In this document: in pieces, positions 59,991-64,000 of the stretch
How positions within the stretch are numbered: the first letter of the stretch is position 1
How the letters are laid out: each line of letters starts with the position of its first letter
Origin: Chlorobium sp.
GTDB taxonomy: Bacteria > Bacteroidota > Chlorobiia > Chlorobiales > Chlorobiaceae
Assembly (NCBI GenBank): GCA_005862225.1
Contig: SZXV01000006.1
Span: forward strand, 18,367-82,366
Reading direction: 5' to 3'
Length of the DNA stretch: 64,000 nt
Made by a program: the position numbers and the translations under genes
The notes under the pieces: model-generated
Database searches by the model: none
Told to the model about the DNA's origin: nothing
Seen by the model: only the letters and a program-made list of their open reading frames with translations

Positions 59991-62900
59991 ATGTTGAAAA
60001 TTTTTGAAAAGATCTTTGGCTCAAAACACGAAAAGGATATTAAAAAAATCCAGCCCATTATCCAGCGTATCAATGAGTTGCAGGCAGCCCTCTCATCGGT
60101 CAGTGATGACCAGTTGAGACAAAAGGGAGATGAGCTGAAACAAAAGGTCCGCAATACCCTGAAACCGTTTGAGGAAGAGAAAAAAAATCTTTCTCTGAAA
60201 CTTGATAAGCCGGATATCAATCTTGAAGAGGCCGAAACCATAAACACTCGCCTTGATGCCCTGGCGGAAGAGTATGATAAGGTAACCGCCGACATTCTGG
60301 AAGAACTACTTCCTGAGGCGTTTGCTCTTGTCAAAGAGACCTGCGTACGTCTTAAGGGACATACCTATCTGGTGATGGGAAGAGAGATGGTATGGAATAT
60401 GGTGCCCTATAATGTTCAGCTTATCGGTGGTATTGTGCTTCATTCAGGTAAAATATCTGAAATGGCCACTGGTGAAGGAAAAACCCTTGTCTCAACTCTT
60501 CCCGTTTTTCTCAATGCCTTGACTGGAAGAGGTGTACATGTTGTAACGGTTAATGACTACCTGGCCCAGAGAGACAAAGAGTGGATGAATCCCGTCTTTG
60601 CTTTTCACAACTTTTCGGTTGGTGTCATTCTCAACACCATGAGGCCTGAGGAACGCAGAGAACAATATTTGTGCGACATTACCTATGGCACCAATAATGA
60701 ACTTGGCTTTGACTATCTGCGAGACAATATGGCCGGAACGCCGGAAGAGATGGTACAACGTGAATTCTATTACGCCATCGTCGATGAGGTAGACAGCGTC
60801 CTGATTGATGAAGCCCGAACACCACTTATTATTTCAGGTCCGGTCCCCAACGCCGACAACAGCAAATTTCAGGAAATCAAACCATGGATTGAGCTGTTGG
60901 TTCGAGCCCAGCAGCAACTGGTGGCAACTTACCTTGGTGAGGCAGAAACAATCCTGAAAACCAAACCTAATGATGTTGATGCCGGTCTTGCATTGCTTCG
61001 AGTCAAACGCGGTCAGCCAAAAAACAGCCGCTATATAAAGATGCTGTCTCAGGTTGGTGTAGCCAAACTGGTTCAGGGAACTGAAAACGAGTATTTGAAA
61101 GACAACTCGAGCAGGATGCATGAAGTTGATGATGCTCTCTATTTTGCTGTAGACGAAAAAGGTGGCACTATCGATTTGACCGACAAGGGCAGAGAGTTTC
61201 TCAGCAAGCTCAGCCATCAGGACAGTGATATTTTTATGCTTCCTGATGTTGGTTCTGAGGTAGCGATTCTTGAAAGTGATACATCAATAGCTGTTGCTGA
61301 TAAAATTCAGAAAAAAGATCAGATTTACCGCCTTTTTGCTGATCGTTCGGAGCGTCTGCACAATATCAGTCAGTTACTGAAAGCTTACTCACTTTTCCAG
61401 CGTGATGATGAATATGTCGTTCAGAATGGACAGGTGATGATTGTTGATGAGTTTACCGGTCGCATTCTTGCGGGGCGGCGTTACAGCGACGGACTGCACC
61501 AGGCCATTGAAGCCAAGGAAAATGTCAAGATAGAGGGTGAGACGCAGACTATGGCCACCATCACTATCCAGAACTTTTTCCGTCTTTATAAAAAGCTTGC
61601 CGGCATGACCGGTACTGCAGAGACTGAAGCATCAGAATTTTATGAGATATACAAGCTTGATGTTGTCGTCATTCCCACCAATGCAAGCATTATCAGGGAA
61701 GACCGGGAAGATCAGGTGTATAAAACCCGACGCGAAAAGTACAACGCCATTATCCAGAAAATTGAGGAGCTGCAGAAAAAAGGACAACCAGTACTTGTTG
61801 GAACCACAAGTGTTGAAGTCTCGGAAACTCTTTCGAGAATGCTTCGTGGTAAAAAAATTATTCACAATGTATTGAACGCCAAGCAGAACGATCGTGAAGC
61901 GGACATTGTTGCTGAAGCAGGTCAGAGTGGCGCTGTAACCATTGCCACCAACATGGCTGGACGCGGAACAGATATCAAGCTTGGCCCTGGTGTCCGTGAA
62001 CTTGGAGGGCTTTTTATTCTTGGCTCCGAACGTCATGAATCCCGTCGAATAGATCGCCAGCTTCGCGGACGTGCCGGACGGCAGGGTGACCCCGGTGAAT
62101 CGGTCTTTTTTGTTTCGCTTGAAGATGAATTGATGCGCCTTTTTGGCTCTGATCGTGTTATTTCTGTGATGGATCGTCTTGGCCATGAAGAGGGAGACGT
62201 CATTGAACATTCGATGATCACCAAATCGATAGAACGTGCTCAGAAAAAAGTTGAGGAACAGAACTTTGCTATCCGTAAACGTCTGCTTGAATACGACGAT
62301 GTGCTGAACCAGCAGCGGGAGGTTATCTATTCACGCCGCAGAAACGGTCTCATCAAGGAACGTCTCACCAGTGATATTCTTGATCTCCTGAAAGATTACA
62401 GTGATACCATCATCAAGAAATATCACAAGGACTTTGATGTGGACGGTATTGAAGAGCAGTTGATGCGTGAACTCTCGATTGAGTTCAAACCTGACAGACA
62501 GACCTTTGAGCGCGAAGGAGTTGATGTCACGGCTGAAAAACTTTACGACACGGCACTTGCCTTTTATCGCAGAAAAGAGGATGCCGTTCCCGAAGAGATC
62601 ATGGGTCAGATCGAAAAATATGCGGTATTGAGCGTTATCGATCTTCGCTGGAGGGAGCATCTCCGTGAAATCGACTCACTTCGTGAAGGAATCAATCTTC
62701 GTGCCTATGGCCAGAAAGACCCGCTGCTTGAGTACAAGCAGGAGGCATTCCGTCTCTTTATTGAGCTGCTTCGCGATATAGAACTTGAGACGCTGTCGCT
62801 TGCTTTTAAACTTTTCCCGGTAGATCCTGAAGAGGCAAGGGAAATGGAGGAGCGTCAGAGAAAAGCTGCTGTCAAGCAGGAAAAGCTTGTGGCGCAGCAC

Positions 62901-63065
62901 TCCCCTGCAAACAGTGTTTACACCATTGTCGAAGAGAATGATGGGGATGACAATAAAGAAGTCCCGCAACAGCCGGTTATCGCTGATAAAAGACCAGGAC
63001 GTAATGATCTGTGCCCCTGCGGAAGTGGAAAAAAATATAAAAATTGTCACGGCCAACAGCCCTGA
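59991..63065 (+). CDS. secA: Preprotein translocase SecA
   Basis: [38 protein letters not shown]-terminal [17 protein letters not shown]. Confidence 0.98.
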   Translation: MLKIFEKIFGSKHEKDIKKIQPIIQRINELQAALSSVSDDQLRQKGDELKQKVRNTLKPFEEEKKNLSLKLDKPDINLEEAETINTRLDALAEEYDKVTADILEELLPEAFALVKETCVRLKGHTYLVMGREMVWNMVPYNVQLIGGIVLHSGKISEMATGEGKTLVSTLPVFLNALTGRGVHVVTVNDYLAQRDKEWMNPVFAFHNFSVGVILNTMRPEERREQYLCDITYGTNNELGFDYLRDNMAGTPEEMVQREFYYAIVDEVDSVLIDEARTPLIISGPVPNADNSKFQEIKPWIELLVRAQQQLVATYLGEAETILKTKPNDVDAGLALLRVKRGQPKNSRYIKMLSQVGVAKLVQGTENEYLKDNSSRMHEVDDALYFAVDEKGGTIDLTDKGREFLSKLSHQDSDIFMLPDVGSEVAILESDTSIAVADKIQKKDQIYRLFADRSERLHNISQLLKAYSLFQRDDEYVVQNGQVMIVDEFTGRILAGRRYSDGLHQAIEAKENVKIEGETQTMATITIQNFFRLYKKLAGMTGTAETEASEFYEIYKLDVVVIPTNASIIREDREDQVYKTRREKYNAIIQKIEELQKKGQPVLVGTTSVEVSETLSRMLRGKKIIHNVLNAKQNDREADIVAEAGQSGAVTIATNMAGRGTDIKLGPGVRELGGLFILGSERHESRRIDRQLRGRAGRQGDPGESVFFVSLEDELMRLFGSDRVISVMDRLGHEEGDVIEHSMITKSIERAQKKVEEQNFAIRKRLLEYDDVLNQQREVIYSRRRNGLIKERLTSDILDLLKDYSDTIIKKYHKDFDVDGIEEQLMRELSIEFKPDRQTFEREGVDVTAEKLYDTALAFYRRKEDAVPEEIMGQIEKYAVLSVIDLRWREHLREIDSLREGINLRAYGQKDPLLEYKQEAFRLFIELLRDIELETLSLAFKLFPVDPEEAREMEERQRKAAVKQEKLVAQHSPANSVYTIVEENDGDDNKEVPQQPVIADKRPGRNDLCPCGSGKKYKNCHGQQP

Positions 63066-63092
63066 TTCATCGAACCATTGAGTGGTAACGCT

Positions 63093-64000
63093 ATGAAACA
63101 TACTGAAGTGGAAGTCAACGTTGCCCTTGCGGCAGAACATGGCCTGAGTGCTGAAGAGTACGGCAAGATATGCGCCATTCTCGGAAGAACCCCATCATTT
63201 ACAGAACTCGGTGTATTCTCGGTCATGTGGTCGGAACATTGCAGTTATAAAAATTCGATAGCCGTGCTTAAAACCCTCCCAAGGGAAGGGGCTGCCCTGC
63301 TTACCTCCGCAGGAGAAGAGAATGCTGGCCTTGTAGATATTGGTGATAACCTTGCTGTTGCTTTCAAGATTGAATCACACAACCACCCCTCAGCCGTTGA
63401 GCCATATCAGGGTGCTGCGACAGGAGTAGGCGGCATTCACCGCGATATTTTTACAATGGGTGCCCGTCCGGTTGCATCGCTCAACTCGCTTCGTTTCGGT
63501 TCGCCAAAAGATCCGCATGTTCGATATCTCGTTGACGGCGTGGTGCGTGGTATCGGTGATTACGGAAACTCTTTCGGAGTCCCGACTGTCGGTGGTGAAA
63601 TCTACTTTGAAGAGGGATACACCGGTAATCCGCTGGTCAACGCCATGTCCGTCGGCATTGTTGAACACCACAAAACCGTCAGTGCCACAGCGCTCGGCAA
63701 AGGCAATCCTGTGCTGATTGTCGGCTCATCAACAGGAAGAGACGGCATTCATGGCGCAACATTCGCATCAGAAGATTTGAGCGAAGCCTCTGAAGACAAA
63801 CGTCCCAGCGTACAGGTTGGTGACCCCTTTGCGGAAAAGCTGCTGCTCGAAGCCACCCTTGAAGCCATTGCCACTGGGTATGTGGTTGGCTTGCAGGATA
63901 TGGGCGCTGCTGGCATCACCAGCTCAACCTCAGAAATGAGCGCCAGAGGAATTGAGAAAACCGGATCAGGCGGCATCGAAATTGACCTTGATCTCGTGCC
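63093..64000 (+). CDS. purL: Phosphoribosylformylglycinamidine synthase PurL (runs off the window end)
   Basis: Manual translation from ATG 63093: ...[37 protein letters not shown]. Confidence 0.95.
   Translation, partial: MKHTEVEVNVALAAEHGLSAEEYGKICAILGRTPSFTELGVFSVMWSEHCSYKNSIAVLKTLPREGAALLTSAGEENAGLVDIGDNLAVAFKIESHNHPSAVEPYQGAATGVGGIHRDIFTMGARPVASLNSLRFGSPKDPHVRYLVDGVVRGIGDYGNSFGVPTVGGEIYFEEGYTGNPLVNAMSVGIVEHHKTVSATALGKGNPVLIVGSSTGRDGIHGATFASEDLSEASEDKRPSVQVGDPFAEKLLLEATLEAIATGYVVGLQDMGAAGITSSTSEMSARGIEKTGSGGIEIDLDLV

Noticed and set aside
1-64000. tRNA, rRNA, integrase or an integrated microvirus prophage
   Set aside because: None was recognised. No VP1 or Rep ORF appears in the ORF track, and I saw no self-match for the spacers, though an exhaustive search was not possible by eye.

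Overview
64-kb bacterial chromosomal window, about 45-48% GC by eye. Gene content (long SecA, cytochrome c-555-like protein, MoaC-MoaB and MobB-MobA fusions) suggests a green sulfur bacterium (Chlorobiaceae); this is an inference. Housekeeping genes (coaE, sodB, tatA x2, lipA, secA, partial purL, Moco genes) flank several accessory parts: (i) a decaying aquaporin / ParB-like / DUF4337 operon; (ii) an ABC/TolC efflux operon; (iii) an 18.9-25.3 kb accessory patch with an orphan Rap1a immunity gene, an IS630, a superinfection-immunity gene, an IS1634 with a 49-bp target duplication and a deleted lysozyme-like gene; (iv) a YhaO/YhaN nuclease-ATPase pair; (v) a type I-C CRISPR-Cas locus with 34 repeats, 33 spacers and a frameshifted cas3. 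The main finding comes from translating the spacers by hand. At least 10 of the 24 leader-proximal spacers encode hallmark Microviridae (gokushovirus-like) capsid, Rep and pilot-protein peptides. Two spacer pairs hit the same site in diverged genomes, and the peptide context is consistent with a TTC PAM. This points to repeated infection of this lineage by a family of ssDNA microviruses. All protein-family and viral-motif calls are from memory of conserved motifs, not database searches.
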